From: Laetmonice hystrix
Taxonomy: Eukaryota
Direction: 5' to 3'
Assembly (NCBI GenBank): GCA_965235115.1
Contig: OZ249445.1
Location: 3,410,001 to 3,474,000, forward strand
Length of the DNA: 64,000 bases
Under the pieces are notes generated by a model. That model was not told the origin of the DNA and ran no database searches. It was given only the letters and a program-made list of their open reading frames with translations. Both the position numbers and the translations under genes were made by a program. Positions 49,886 through 62,764 of the stretch are shown in pieces (the first letter of the stretch is position 1; every line of letters starts with the position of its first letter).

Positions 49886-51394
49886 GGTGGTGGGCAGGTC
49901 GTGCCGGTGTGGGCAGTGTGGGTGTGCCGGAGGTCAGCGAGATGTGGGCAGGGGCCAATCTTGTTATCATTACTGAAACAATGCCCGCACTCCCTCCGCT
50001 CAAAGACGGTGCATTGAGAATGGGAGCGGCCAGGCAGGCACAGATTATGCCCGTGCAGACACCGTCGAAGGGCCAAAGGCTGGTCTGACGGTAAATGGCG
50101 CAGAAATATCTACTGGAGCAAAGAAATGAGTGGAGAATGGCAACGAGGCAAAGGGTGGGCTCTGTGATGGGGAGGCAATTAGTGGGAGGCAGGGAGGGTC
50201 CGACATGAGTGTACAGAGGCTTTGATAGGACGCCCTGAATAAAAAAATACAGAGGCAAGTAAAGAGTAGGCAGAAACAATGACAGCAGTCTAAAACAATT
50301 TACTTTAAACAAAGTTTTTCTCTAGTACGTCCAGACAATATGAGAGGTTGGGATTGCAGTGTTGGAGAGAGAACAAGAGAAGGGTTTACATTCTTGCCTG
50401 GCTCCGAGTGGGAGAGTGCGGAAGTGGTCAGACGGTGTTTAGGGCAAGTGTTGAAGGGCACCAGGCGCCTGGCTGTCACTGGACATGTCAGACTGACCAG
50501 CGGGACGCTGGTTTAATGATGGACTGTCCAGTGATGAGGGCTGCTGGCCGCCACCGCCGGGACATATGATGGGCACATGTGGTGGCTGCAATCCAGCTAT
50601 CCAACCCTCTCACCCCCACCCCGCAATCCACCCAGCTCCATTGTCACAGTGATATGTGTAACTAGATCCCCGACTCGCGCACTGACTCCAGTGGTGCCTG
50701 TTTGGGCGGAGCCTCACCCCCAGCATGGGCCTCTGCCCCGGCTCAGACCCGACCCTTGGCCACCGCCATAATCCGCCGGTGACGGCCATATAAGGCCAGG
50801 GTCAGCCGGCCAGTTATCGGTCAGTGCGTTTTGATATTAGTAGCTCTTAATGGCGGAGCAAACAGCTGCAGCTGGCCGACTGCTGGACCTTTGTGGTGTG
50901 GAGGAATGTCGTGATCTCCCGGCATGGAGAGAACTACAGCCGCTCGGCCCACCATTACCACCGCGCCGCCTGTCTCTACTCCTCGGCCCTACTTACCCCG
51001 TCTTTATGATGCTGCTTCCGCGGCCGCTGCACCAGGATGACCCCAGATGTTCAGAGCTAACACCATAACAGCCAAAGAAATACAAATAGAAATTGTCTCA
51101 TTTCATGAAAAACATCCTCTGGCTCCCCAAGACTCTAGGTGTGCCAGTGATGCGGATACTTTGCTCCTCTCCTACCATCAGGGTCCTGGCACCCATAGCC
51201 GAGTTTTTAACTCGAGGGGTAGGGGGTGGAGGGGAAGAAAGGATTTGAAGGGGGAGATATATTGCGTCTATGCGGGTGTCTTCTTGATTCTTTACGTACT
51301 CGGAGAGCACTGAGGGAGTGCCGTAACTGAAGGCGCGAAGTTCGGGAGGAACAGGTGAAAAGTGGGTGGATGGTATCAGGGACCACCGGTAGCG

Positions 51395-52321
51395 GGAAAA
51401 CTAGCGGGGTATGAAGGACCCTGTGTGGGATACAGTGGAAGAACTAGCGGGGTATGAAGGACCCTGTGTGGGATACAGTGGAAGAACTAGCGGGGTATGA
51501 AGGACCATGTGTGGGATACAGTGGAAGAACTAGCGGGGTATGAAGGACCATGTGTGAGATACAACGGAAGAACTAGCGGGGTATGAAGGACCATGTGTGG
51601 GATACAACGGAAGAACTAGCGGGGTATGAAGGACCATGTGTGAGATACAACGGAAGAACTAGCAGGGTATGAAGGACCATGTGTGGGATACAGTGGAAGA
51701 ACTAGCAGGGTATGAAGGACCATGTGTGGGATACAGCGGAAGAACTAGCAGGGTATGAAGGACCATGTGTGGGATACAGCGGAAGAACTAGCAGGGTATG
51801 AAGGACCATGTATGGGATACAGCGGAAGAACTAGCAGGGTATGAAGGACCATGTGTGGGATACGGCGGAAGAACTAGCGGGGTATGAAGGACCCTGTGTG
51901 GGATACAGTGGAAGAACTAGCGGGGTATGAAGGACCCTGTGTGGGATACAGCGGAAGAACTAGCGGGGTATGAAGGACCATGTGTGGGATACGGCGGAAG
52001 AACTAGCGGGGTATGAAGGACCATGTGTGGGATACAGTGGAAGAACTAGCGGGGTATGAAGGACTATGTGTGGGATACAGCGGAAGAACTAGCGGGGTAT
52101 GAAGGACCCTGTGTGGGATACAGTGGAAGAACTAGCAGGGTATGAAGGACCATGTGTGGGATACGGCGGAAGAACTAGCGGGGTATGAAGGACCATGTGT
52201 GGGATACGGCGGAAGAACTAGCAGGGTATGAAGAACCATGTGTGGGATACAGTGGAAGAACTAGCAGGGTATGAAGGACCATGTGTGGGATACAGTGGAA
52301 GAACTAGCAGGGTATGAAGGA
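51395..52321. repeat. 43-bp minisatellite, about 21.5 copies (GGAAGAACTAGCGGGGTATGAAGGACCATGTGTGGGATACAGT)
   Basis: Period 43 (CTAGC at 51401 and 51444). Confidence 0.97.
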
Positions 52322-52605
52322 TATAGAGACGGGAAGCTGGCGAGCCTCCAGTGGACGTTGACAGACAAGGCGGCCTGCCCCCAGAAACCTGATGAAAGCA
52401 CCCTCAGGGTCAGCTTCTATTCTCTTCTCGAGACAGGATGCCGCCGCTGCTGTTGCTGGTAGCCATGGCGCACACCTTGGAAAAGATTCGCCAATCTGTG
52501 CCAGTTTTTCCCCTCTGTTCTTTGACACTCGTGATCTATGAATGCAGTAAATAGCTGTGGACCAGATAATGAAGACATAATGTAACCTCAAACACATAGT
52601 CCTCG

Positions 52606-52684
52606 TCTACCTTGGATGACATGTTAATGTTACAGTCCTCTACATCTACCTTGGATGACATGTTAATGTTACAGTCCTCTACAT
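52606..52684. repeat. 39-bp tandem duplication (2 copies)
   Basis: TCTACCTTGGATGACATGTTAATGTTACAGTCCTCTACA at 52606 and 52645. Confidence 0.9.
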
Positions 52685-53459
52685 TCATGGTGTAGTCGAA
52701 TGATATACGATTGACGCCCATCAATGCTGGCCTGGCTGTTACTGGTCCTGGAGCCAACTAACTTCATACCTTGGCTGTACACAGTTAACACTTAACCTGT
52801 CGGCTCAAACTACCAGCTAAACAAGATACTATAAAACCGTGTAACGTGTGACAACAGCCAACAAAAGTTTTGTTCCGATGATATTGTTGAGATAATGTTG
52901 GGTGGGTTCAATATGTTTTTCGGAAATACTTATTGAGAGTTGGGCGCCCGCTACATGCACGTACCGCGCTGAGAATGGTCGCCTCCGTACCGCAATGCCA
53001 CCTGCTCTAGGTGTTACATGATTGTGCTTGCGTACAGTAAAGGTAGCTTTTACAATTATACCAGAAGAGAAAGGTAGGTAACATAGGGATTGTGTCCGTG
53101 ATTCACTACGTGATGACACATGCAGTGGGAGGCTGGCGAAAAGTTTGTATGGTCGGATCCTTACCCATCTTTCTGATAACTCACACCTATAAAGATGATC
53201 CTGGGCTGATTTTGTCATTCCTTGTTTGAATACGAGAGATTGGGATGGATGTTTGAATGATGTAGTGGCGAGCCAGCTGAGCGGGTTTACATGTGTGGGG
53301 TCGTCAGTCAATGACAGTGTCGGAGAGCCTGGGTGGCAAAAAGTGACAGTTCTGTAGACTACTAGGGTTTGTCATGTGGGTGTCACATGGCGGCGGTGTG
53401 GTGGTGTAGGGGGTCGGACACCACGGAGACGGCCCTCACCGCCCCCAGCCACCGGCTTG

Positions 53460-53473
53460 TGGCCACCTGGTGG
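53460..53473 (-). promoter_or_regulatory. CTCF-like motif (reverse, 12/14)
   Basis: Reverse complement CCACCAGGTGGCCA. Confidence 0.35.
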
Positions 53474-54627
53474 ACTGCGGCAGGAGGCAGCAAACTTCCA
53501 CAGCTGTATTCCCAACAACCGGCAAACAATTGAGAATCGACACCAGTCAGTGAGAGAAGAAAGTTCGCGCCAACTCCAGGTTTGGTCGGCCGACGGTCGG
53601 TGGATCGGGCTCCTTTATTAAACGGTTGGCATAACTCATTTCCGGTTCGAATACATGTTACTTCCTGCCGTGCCCAGGGTCCGCTAGGAGTACCTGCGTA
53701 CTCGGCCTTCACACAGGCTTCCATTGACTCCTTCTGTCATATGGCAGTCAAATGTCATCCTTTGTCTTCAACTATTTGTTTTCCTCCAGTCCCACCCACA
53801 ACACAACATAAAACACAGACAAAGACTAAGAGCACAGTGAGGAGGAAGTGTGGTCTCGGTTCGAGTTTTTTTCTCCCGTCTCCGCTAGCTCTAAACATTA
53901 GATACAGGTGAAAAAGTTGTGCACTGGCTTGACCACCCTGGGTGTGTTGTGGGAAGGTGGCACGGGGGCAGGCGGTGTTTGGGGTGTCCCTTCTCTCGTA
54001 TACAAACTGTATATATAGGCTGGGGCATAGATCGTCCTATTGTGGCGGGGCTCTGTGTGTGTGTGTGGGGGGGGGGGGGGGTGTCTCGGACACAATACCC
54101 CAGCGGCCGGCCAAGTCCCACAGCCCCAAACTGAGGGAGAACCTGATCACCCCAAGTCCAGCTTTCTCCCCCTGTTCGAGATCCGACTATTTGCTGTCTG
54201 TTTTATACAGTATCACCTGGACACGGGCTCAACAGTGCCAGCCACAATGTCATGAACAAGTGTCGCCTTTCAAAGCATTAACCCAGGGTAACAAATCGAG
54301 TTGTCATCGCCCCGAAATTGGAGGAAAGAAACACAGAAAAAGAGGGTGTTTACTCATAATCTTTCAGCGCCACTGGGTGCGGAGAGATGACAATATGATA
54401 TATGAGAAGGGCGCTCAGACTGGCTTGTCTCTGTGGCCAAGTAAGCATTCTGTCGGAAGCTAACTTATGGGGCAGTCTCTGACATATTTCTACATGCTAT
54501 TTGTTGTTACCGAGTATACTGACCGGGTGGAAGCCTTGGGTCAGACCTTACGGAAGGGTGTGAGGGTGGGGGTTACGTACACTCACAGCTACCAGTGGAT
54601 TGTGCTGGCGGCAGTCATCTGAATAAA

Positions 54628-54800
54628 CTGAGAAATTATACTAAACACCGATAAATTATTAAACACTGTGAGGAATTACTAAACACCAAGAAATTATTAA
54701 ACACGGAGAAATTATTAAACACCGAGACATTAATAAACACTGAGAAATTATTAAACACCAAGGAATTATTTAACTGAGAAATGACTAAACCGAGTGAGAA
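54628..54800. repeat. Degenerate AT-rich 18-bp repeat (GAGAAATTATTAAACACC)n
   Basis: About 9 diverged units. Confidence 0.85.
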
Positions 54801-55462
54801 ATGGCGAGTTATAATAGGAGGACATGGGACTGTATCAGGCAGGTTGGTGTGAACGGGCAGCAAGTGAAGTAAATAAATGGAGAAAGTTTGTAGAACTGGG
54901 CAGTATTGATGAGCTGTCGAATGTCTGATTGAGAGGAAGAATATGGTATTGTTAGTGCAGGTCGCTGCAGGTTATAGAACTGAGAGCGACCTCTGAAATA
55001 TCGCTCCCAGAACGGCGCTGTGGCTAATATTGAATACACCTCTGGCAGCCCATCGAGGATGACAAATGGAGGGAAAATGACGAACAGCGGCCAGGAAAAT
55101 GACAAACAGCACCCAGATGGGGCAAATAAACTTAGGGGGGCAACAAAGGAGGTGCAAGCCACAAGGGGCGTGAGAAAAAACAAAAGTTCAATAACTGACG
55201 GTGTTTTATAGTGAACTTCTTAAAGAAACAAAGGTCATTACAAGGTGAAAATGATTTCTTAGGGACTTGTATTAAATTTTGATTATTGGAAAGTTGATTT
55301 GAGACTAGAACTCCATGCATCAGTGTGTACATGGTTCGTCAAATTCTTCCAGACTTGTTTGTAATTTTCCTTCCGGTTTGCAGCCGACTGTTTGTAGTCT
55401 GACTGTACAGCGTGGGTTATCATTTTACCGTCACTCAGTCAGCTTCAGATCGGTTTTAACGG

Positions 55463-55490
55463 ATGGACAAGAAATCGAGCCAAGAAGTCG
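55463..55490 (+). CDS. Candidate alternative first coding exon (MDKKSSQEV+G) for a short isoform
   Basis: ATG at 55463 and a phase-1 donor G|GTAAAA at 55491, in frame with the exon at 63941. An Inr-like TCAGTC lies about 25 nt upstream, and there is an alternative acceptor at 55383. Speculative. Confidence 0.25.
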
Positions 55491-55728
55491 GTAAAACCTT
55501 TTTGTATATGAACATGTTTGTTGGCGGGCTCCAGCCCCCACCACCTGGTAATATAAGACTGTGAAATGGTCCCCCTGGGATTTATTAAAGCGGGATGCTT
55601 ACAGGTTCGGCTTAGCCTGACTGACAGCCCAGATTATTTTTAAGCCTGACCAGCATTGAGTTAACATGGCTGGCTATGATGGAGTGGCGGGGCCCGGGTG
55701 GGAAGGAGAAGACAACCGCAATACAAGC

Positions 55729-56225
55729 TGAGCACGTCGGCCGACTTGAGGTTCCGGTATACTGAGGTCTGACGGAGCACGTCGGCCGACTTGAGGCTCC
55801 GGTATACTGAGGTCTGACGGAGCACGTCGGCCGACTTGAGGCTCTGGTATACCTCGGCATGTGCTGAGGTCTGACGGAGCACGTCGGCCGACTTGAGGCT
55901 CCGGTATACCTCGGCATGTGCTAAGGTCTGACGGAGCACGTCGGCCGACTGGAGGCTCCGGTATACTGAGGTCTGACGGAGCACGTCGGCCGACTTGAGG
56001 CTCTGGTATACCTCGGCATGTGCTGAGGTCTGACGGAGCACGTCGGCCGACTTGAGGCTCCGGTATACTGAGGTCTGACGGAGCACGTCGGCCGACTTGA
56101 GGCTCCGGTATACCTCGGCATGTGCTGAGGTCTGACGGAGCACGTCGGCCGACTTGAGGCTCCGGTATACTGAGGTCTGACGGAGCACGTCGGCCGACTT
56201 GAGGCTCCGGTATACCTCGGCATGT
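55729..56225. repeat. 45/57-bp two-variant minisatellite, about 10 units
   Basis: Unit starts at 55730, 55775, 55820, 55877, 55934, 55979, 56036, 56081, 56138 and 56183. The long unit carries a 12-bp CTCGGCATGTGC insert. Confidence 0.96.
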
Positions 56226-56652
56226 GGTTGGGGAGCGGCGTGAAACACTTCTACATCCACAACCAGACTCTATTTCAAAACACCCACTTTAACTGGGATC
56301 TCCCGGGCACTTGTATTTGTACAAGGCTGAGACTGAGACTATTCCCCACCACCTATATAAGCTGTGGAGGTAGCAGCTGTCAGGGCAGATAATGTCAGTG
56401 GCAACCAAGTTTCTTCCCGGCGCCGTTTATTTTTTACACGCCAGTATTGGCAATCAGTTCGGCTGGTTCTACGTTCAAGTTTGATCACCAAGTACAGTTT
56501 ACTGTGTAACACCTCGTAGATATTCGGTCTAGGTTCCACATACGTCGCTCACCTGATAGAAGGAGACACGGAGAGCTCCAGCATAGTGGGGAGTAATTAC
56601 CATCTACATCATCATCGTCTTCCATAATTAACACAGCCTAACAGCAAACGCC

Positions 56653-57069
56653 ATTTGTCCCCAGCCTTCCTCAGTGAAGGCTGTTTGATTTGTCCTCAGC
56701 CTTCCTCAGTAAAGGCTGTTTGATTTGTCCTCAGCCTTCCTCAGTAAAGGCTGTTTGATTTGTCCTCAGCCTTCCTCAGTGAAGGCTGTTTGATTTGTCC
56801 TCAGGCTTCCTCAGTGAAGGCTGTTCTATTTGTCCTCAGCCTTCCTCAGTGAAGGCTGTTTGATTTGTCCTCAGCCTTCCTCAGTGAAGGCTGTTTGATT
56901 TGTCCTCAGCCTTCCTCAGTGAAGGCTGTTTGATTTGTCCTCAGGCTTCCTCAGTGAAGGCTGTTTGATTTGTCCTCAGCCTTCCTCAGTGAAGGCTGTT
57001 TGATGTGTCCCCAGCCTTCCTCAGTGAAGGTTGTTTGATTTGTCCTCAGCCTTCCTCAGTGAAGGCTGT
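56653..57069. repeat. 35-bp minisatellite, about 12 copies, each with an 8-bp hairpin
   Basis: CAGCCTTC-ctcagt-GAAGGCTG-tttgatttgtcct; period 35. Confidence 0.96.
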
Positions 57070-57636
57070 CTTTGGCATGACTTTAAGAATCAGCCCCACG
57101 TGTACGGCGGATGTCATTGGCCCCAGCCATATTACCCACGTTATGTTCTACCACATAATTGATATCCCAGACTGACAGAGCCAATTGTCGCCGGCAATTA
57201 AACTATAACAGACCGTCAAAATTAATGAGCGCCCAGGGAGATTGATGTGCTGTTTCTGAGTGACAGCACCAATTGTTTTAATCTAATTGAACCATGGTGG
57301 GGGTGGGGGTGTGTAATGCGAGAATCCCATTGCGTTGTGAGCGGTATTGTCTTTGAGCGGCAGCAACAATTGTTCCCAAGGCGCCTTACCAATGGGGGTT
57401 GTAACCGCTGGCTGTCAGAAACCAGTACAAGACAGTGGGGCAGGGACGGGGTTGTGGTTAGTGGTAGCGACTGTTAGGGGATGATTGGGGGGTACAGAGG
57501 GGGTACCTTCTCCCCTGGGAACTTGTGCACCCCCAGGGTCATACCCCCTCCCGCCACCCACACTATGTGACCCGGTGGATCTAGCCTGGGACAATGGTGA
57601 GCTCCATGGTCAGAGAGTCTCGCCCCTCCCCCCTCC

Positions 57637-57816
57637 CGTCTTTACCCCCCGCGCCTGCGGTCCTAACCGGAGCGTCTTACCCCCCGCGCCTACGGTCCTA
57701 ACTGGACCGTCTTACCCCCCGCGCCTGCGGTCCTAACTGGACCGTCTTACCCCCTGCGCCTGCGGTCCTAACCGGACCGTCTTACCCCCTGCGCCTGCGG
57801 TCCTAACCTGACCGTC
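57637..57816. repeat. 35-bp minisatellite, about 5 copies (CCGTCTTACCCCCYGCGCCTGCGGTCCTAACYGGA)
   Basis: TCCTAAC recurs at 57661, 57696, 57731, 57766 and 57801. Confidence 0.92.
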
Positions 57817-60800
57817 ATTTCAGCAGTAACACTTACCCTGGGTTCTCTGTATCCACGCAATAATATGATCCACATGTTCCCGCGCTCTGCAAACAAAACA
57901 TAAATTCATCGCTGTCTATGTAGTCTACAAGCGATTTGGACGGTTTGGAAGGATTCAGTTGAAGGGTCCCTTTTTTGCGCGTAGTGGGAAGCAATTTGTT
58001 GACAGCCTCTGGTTAGGTTATCTTTGGAGTAATGATAGAGGACTGAGCGCATGTTAGCTGCCTCATTTACAGGAAATTACATCTGGACGCAAGACTGCGG
58101 AGGGCACGGTCAACAGAGGAACAAATAAAAAATCCCTTCTTGTCTTAGACATCCCAGTAAATGGCAGAGAAGTGTGGGATATCAGGGTGCGGTATTAGGC
58201 TGGGATCCAGCGTGTGGGGGTTGGTGATGGGGGCACTTTTATCATGTGTACCGTCTAATGGTTTCAGGACCAGCAAACGGAACACTTGTTATGGTCAGTA
58301 AGACATTGGGCGAGTGCCCCAGCTACACAGTTGGTGCTCGCCTCACATGCTCATCCACTTGGGGCTTAGGGGATTTACTGGCGCCGACGTCCATTTCTTG
58401 GAACTTAGGCTAGATCACAGAATGGATGGAGAGGCGAACCATTAAGATATGGTCTGCATAAAATGGTATGGATTCTAGGCACACGATACACGGGCGAAGA
58501 GACAAGAAAGAATCGGCGGGGGATGTTTGCGAATTGTAAGAAGATGTATTTAAGGCGGTCGTTTGGGTTGTACTCACGACGTGAGCGGAGTTTGAGCGCT
58601 GGGTTTTGATCCGCGGCAGAGGAGGAAGATCACATCGTAATAGGAAGCGGGAGATGTCGGAGGAGAAGAGATCATATTGTCTCCTGGGCGTAGGGCACTG
58701 AGCCGGGCGGAGGTTGGACAAAGCCGTCACCGCCGACGGTAAATATGGCGCCGCCGTGGATACGGATTCTTTCTCATTCACTTGACATGGCTTGCCAAAG
58801 TCGATCTTGTCACTGAACATTAGGAGGAAATGGACAAGCCGAGAAGCATCTCTCCCCAGCGTAATATTCAGCGGGGGGAAACACATTGACCGAGTCATGT
58901 CAACCGCGCAGAAATGGTGGGGCAGTGAGCAGTAGCAGGAAAATTGATGGGAAGGCTGACCAGAACAATGATCAGGCAGAAAAGAGTAAGTCAGCATTGC
59001 TTAGTTTTCTGGGGGTCCCATGGGGGCGGCGCTGGTCAGTGTGGCCGGTGGCAGAAAGCCCCAATCGGAGCTCTGATTATCCCCTGTCACTGCTGTCATT
59101 TGGGAGCGGCCTGGGAATTGTGGTCAGATTCCAGGGGAATTTGATGAAAACACAGACAAATGACGCTGTGATTTTACCCCCATTTCCTTCCTTGTGCTCG
59201 CGGCGGTGGTGAAAGGATCAGAAATTTATATGTGGCCATTTATTTGGTCATTTATTTCTGAAGGTTAAGCCCCTGACACGCCGGCCAGCTCTGGGCTTTA
59301 CGGCCCCTGCCAGTCCTATTTTCACCTTGCATTTATGCATTATGGCAGCTGGATCCCCTGAGAACACATTACGATACCTCGGCTGACCGAGACAAAAGGG
59401 CAGGGACCTTGAGCCCGGCCGAGGTGTCAGATAACCAGCAATTTGGCGTGAAGATTTTCTAGGTGGCAGACCACCCAAGTCCAGAGTGATTCTTCCTCAG
59501 TGCACTCCGTTCTGGGCCCGGTCAGATAATCGGCATTGTTGGCCACGTTAATTCTAGGCTTGTATGCTTGTGGAAATACGGTGCGACTGATAGCTCCCCG
59601 AGGGGGCGCTTGTTTCCTTGTGATTACGGTGCTACTGGGGCCAAATGACTTTGAAGTATTGTGACTCAGGCCAGCGGAATAATGCCCTGATAAAGAATGG
59701 GCCCTAGTGACAGTGTCCAGTGAGCGAAGTGCTGATTCCAGAGGTGATCCCACAATGCTTGGAGGTAGATGTTATGGAGAAGCTAGCGGCAGAAGGCGGC
59801 CTGAGGCACGGCCAAGCCTGATTGGCTACATGCTCCGTGAGCTGTGCTCTACCGTCCATGCACTTCAATCACTTAAGCCAGTATTTCACTTGTCCACATT
59901 TGTCTCTCTCAAAGAGTCGCCTCCACATCGTCTTGTCTGTGTCATTGTGGTGAGAAACGGGCTGAACAGATCATTGACAAAGTCACGGCCTACCAACTTT
60001 CATGTGTTCTTTGCTTACATGATACGGTGCTGACTTGAAAGTGTGAGGTCGTGTGCGTTTAATCCGTAGTTTGTATCCATTATCTGTGTAACCTTTACTT
60101 GAAGAGGGAGGGGATGATCGGTTTTAATACGCTATTCAGCCGGTAATGACGGCACGGTGGATCCGCTAGGATCGTGCCTCCACACAGCCCGCCCTGCACT
60201 CGGTAATAAGGCTCACACACAGAGAACCACCACCCAGCCATGTGTCGAGTGGTGTTAGGAGTAAATGGGCAGAAAAGGAGACAAAAACCACGAGACTGGA
60301 GAGACAAAGGGATCCAGTCAATGTTTACTGGAGGAGGGCAGGCCGGGCGACCAGTGGCTCCCCCAGCCGGGACATCTCCGGCTAACTTGACTGCGTAATT
60401 ACATTATCAGCCGAATCAGCTCGGCACGGCGGCCGCCCGGCTCGGCCGATAATCTGCCGTGTACGTGTGAGCAATTATCAAACATAAAGCGCTCTTAATG
60501 TTCCCTCTGCCAGCTGAAGATAAACAAAAGATGGCCGTCAGAGGATAAGATTTCAAGATGCAGCATCGTGTTCACAAGTTGGTTATCTGACAGCTTTATA
60601 GAGCCGTCCCTCTCAATGATTTACATTCCACTATCCCACTTGTAAGGTCCCCGCTTTTATGTCCGTCTATGTGACTGTGAAATCAATAGTTTGGATGAAA
60701 GCCATATTTTCTTTGAGATCATCTCTAAGAAAGGCACTGGAAGAGGGGAATGACTAAGAACTAAGGAATTTCAAATTTTGTTTTTGATGAAGCAGGAATT

Positions 60801-62291
60801 AAGGATGCATGGTGTGTTTTTTGCTGTAGGAAAAGACCATGGTGAGAGCGAATTCTCCACAACTGATGCAGGTTAGGTTTTCCCAGAGTTAGATCAAGTA
60901 GTTGGGTGCCAGGATAAGCCGAGCCCGAGTACAGAGGCCGCCTGGCATCGATCTATACACGGGATTATTAATTCCCAACAGTTCAACCTTTCCGTTTTTT
61001 AATCCCAGCAGTCGAAAGGTGGAGGAAGAATGGTTGAGTAGGAGTTTGTGAGGAGTTGTAGACGACAAGAGGCGATGGGTTGGAACCGGGCGTGGCTGAC
61101 TGCAAACCGGATGTCGGACAATTCCGCTCATTCTCCCACGTCGGAAATTCTACTTGAGCAGTGCACCATTGCCGACAGGATGAATGTCCGAGCGAAGCAC
61201 GCTTGAGCTCAGGGTTTGAGGAGTGGGACAAAGTCCAACAATCAGCAGTGAAGATGGGGCAGGGATGAGACTGGAGAATTGGATAGCTATTGAATGGAGG
61301 CTGAGGGCACGGCTGAATGGCGTGTCGTACAACGGCTGAGAGCCGAGCAAGTCGGGCTACTTGTTCTGATCACAGCGCGCTAATCTCTGTGACCGGCAAA
61401 CAAAGCTTGTAGTCACTTTATCAACCTTGTTTTCGGCAACTGGAGAAGTTAGGGCGCTCCGGGGAAAGTGCATTGGGAGGCTGAGAGGAATTTTAAGAAT
61501 GCTTCGATGAACTCTGAACACTGGAGATGCCGGACTCCGACCCGGCCACTCACCTTTGTCAGCCATATTGGATTTTGGTCAAATGAATCATGTACATGAA
61601 AGAATCTGGAGAGGCAGAAGGAGGAGAGAAAAGATTTTAGATTCACGTGGTGGGATGGTGGAGGGGGATTGGTGGGATTAGGGGGTAGGCGGGAGGGGGG
61701 CTGGGGGCACTACCCCACGGCCGTGGATCCCGTCTCTCCGGCGGCGGCGGTGGTGGTGGGTCGCTGGACTCCACCAACCCTCCACCCCGGCACAGGTCGC
61801 CTGTAGGGGAAGGTAAACGTGTAGGGCGCTGGTAGGGCCGAGTATCTACCCACAACCAGCCGCCGCTAGCAGGGGTCCTATGGACGGACGGACGGACTGG
61901 CTGAACATGCTGGCTGGTGGTTGGGCCGTGTAATACTAGAGTAGTTGGAGCATAGCTGAGGACAGTAGCTCTTGAGAATGGCGGGGAGTGGGGGTCGATT
62001 TAAAACACCTGTACGCCCACTGTACGGTGTGGGATCAACACTACAGGTTGTGCTGAGGCGTGGGCCGAGGGAGGGTGGTGTGGGCAACACGGCTTACACC
62101 TTACACCTGCCCACTGCGGACAACCACTGATCGGGTGCTGTGTTCATCCAGCACTATGTCTTCCTCCAGTAGGTGTTGTCACTGTCAGTCCCGGCCGCGC
62201 ACGCTCAGACCGACCGACCCGCCTCCCGCCGCCTTGGTCGGTCACCGCTCAGTTCACAGAAACCCGCCAATGGAAACATTGTAGGTAAACT

Positions 62292-62428
62292 GGCCCTGGG
62301 TACACTAGGTAGGGCCCTGGGTACACTAGGTAGGGCCCTGGGTACACTAGGTAGGGCCCTGGGTACACTAGGTAGGGCCCTGGGTACACTAGGTAGGGCC
62401 CTGGGTACACTAGGTAGGGCCCTGGGTG
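62292..62428. repeat. 21-bp minisatellite, about 6.5 copies (GCCCTGGGTACACTAGGTAGG)
   Basis: Period 21. Confidence 0.94.
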
Positions 62429-62764
62429 CCCCTAGTGGCTACATTCTGTGGTTCTATAAACGAGTTTTTCAATAGGCGTTCAGCGCCTGGTGGGAGGTTT
62501 GGGTGAATCTCATCGAGGGGGTCAGGTACCTCTGATTAGGGGAGGGGGTATACCCCCCGTGACCCCCTCTCGACACGGGCCTATCCGTACCGTATTGTTA
62601 GATTACCTGCGTCCTAATTCTCACCGGCTCCTGTAAGGAGACTTACATGGGGAAAGGAGGATCTGAGAAGGGTATAACTGGGACGGAATGGATGAGGTAC
62701 CGGAGACAGGGGGGGGGGGGGGGGTACCTGTGACAGAATAGGAGTGACACCAGGACAGAATGGC

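Noticed and set aside
56653-57069. CRISPR-like hairpin repeats (also 29776-31201 and 1143-2006)
   Set aside because: Units abut directly with no unique spacers, there are no cas genes, and the context is a eukaryotic intron.
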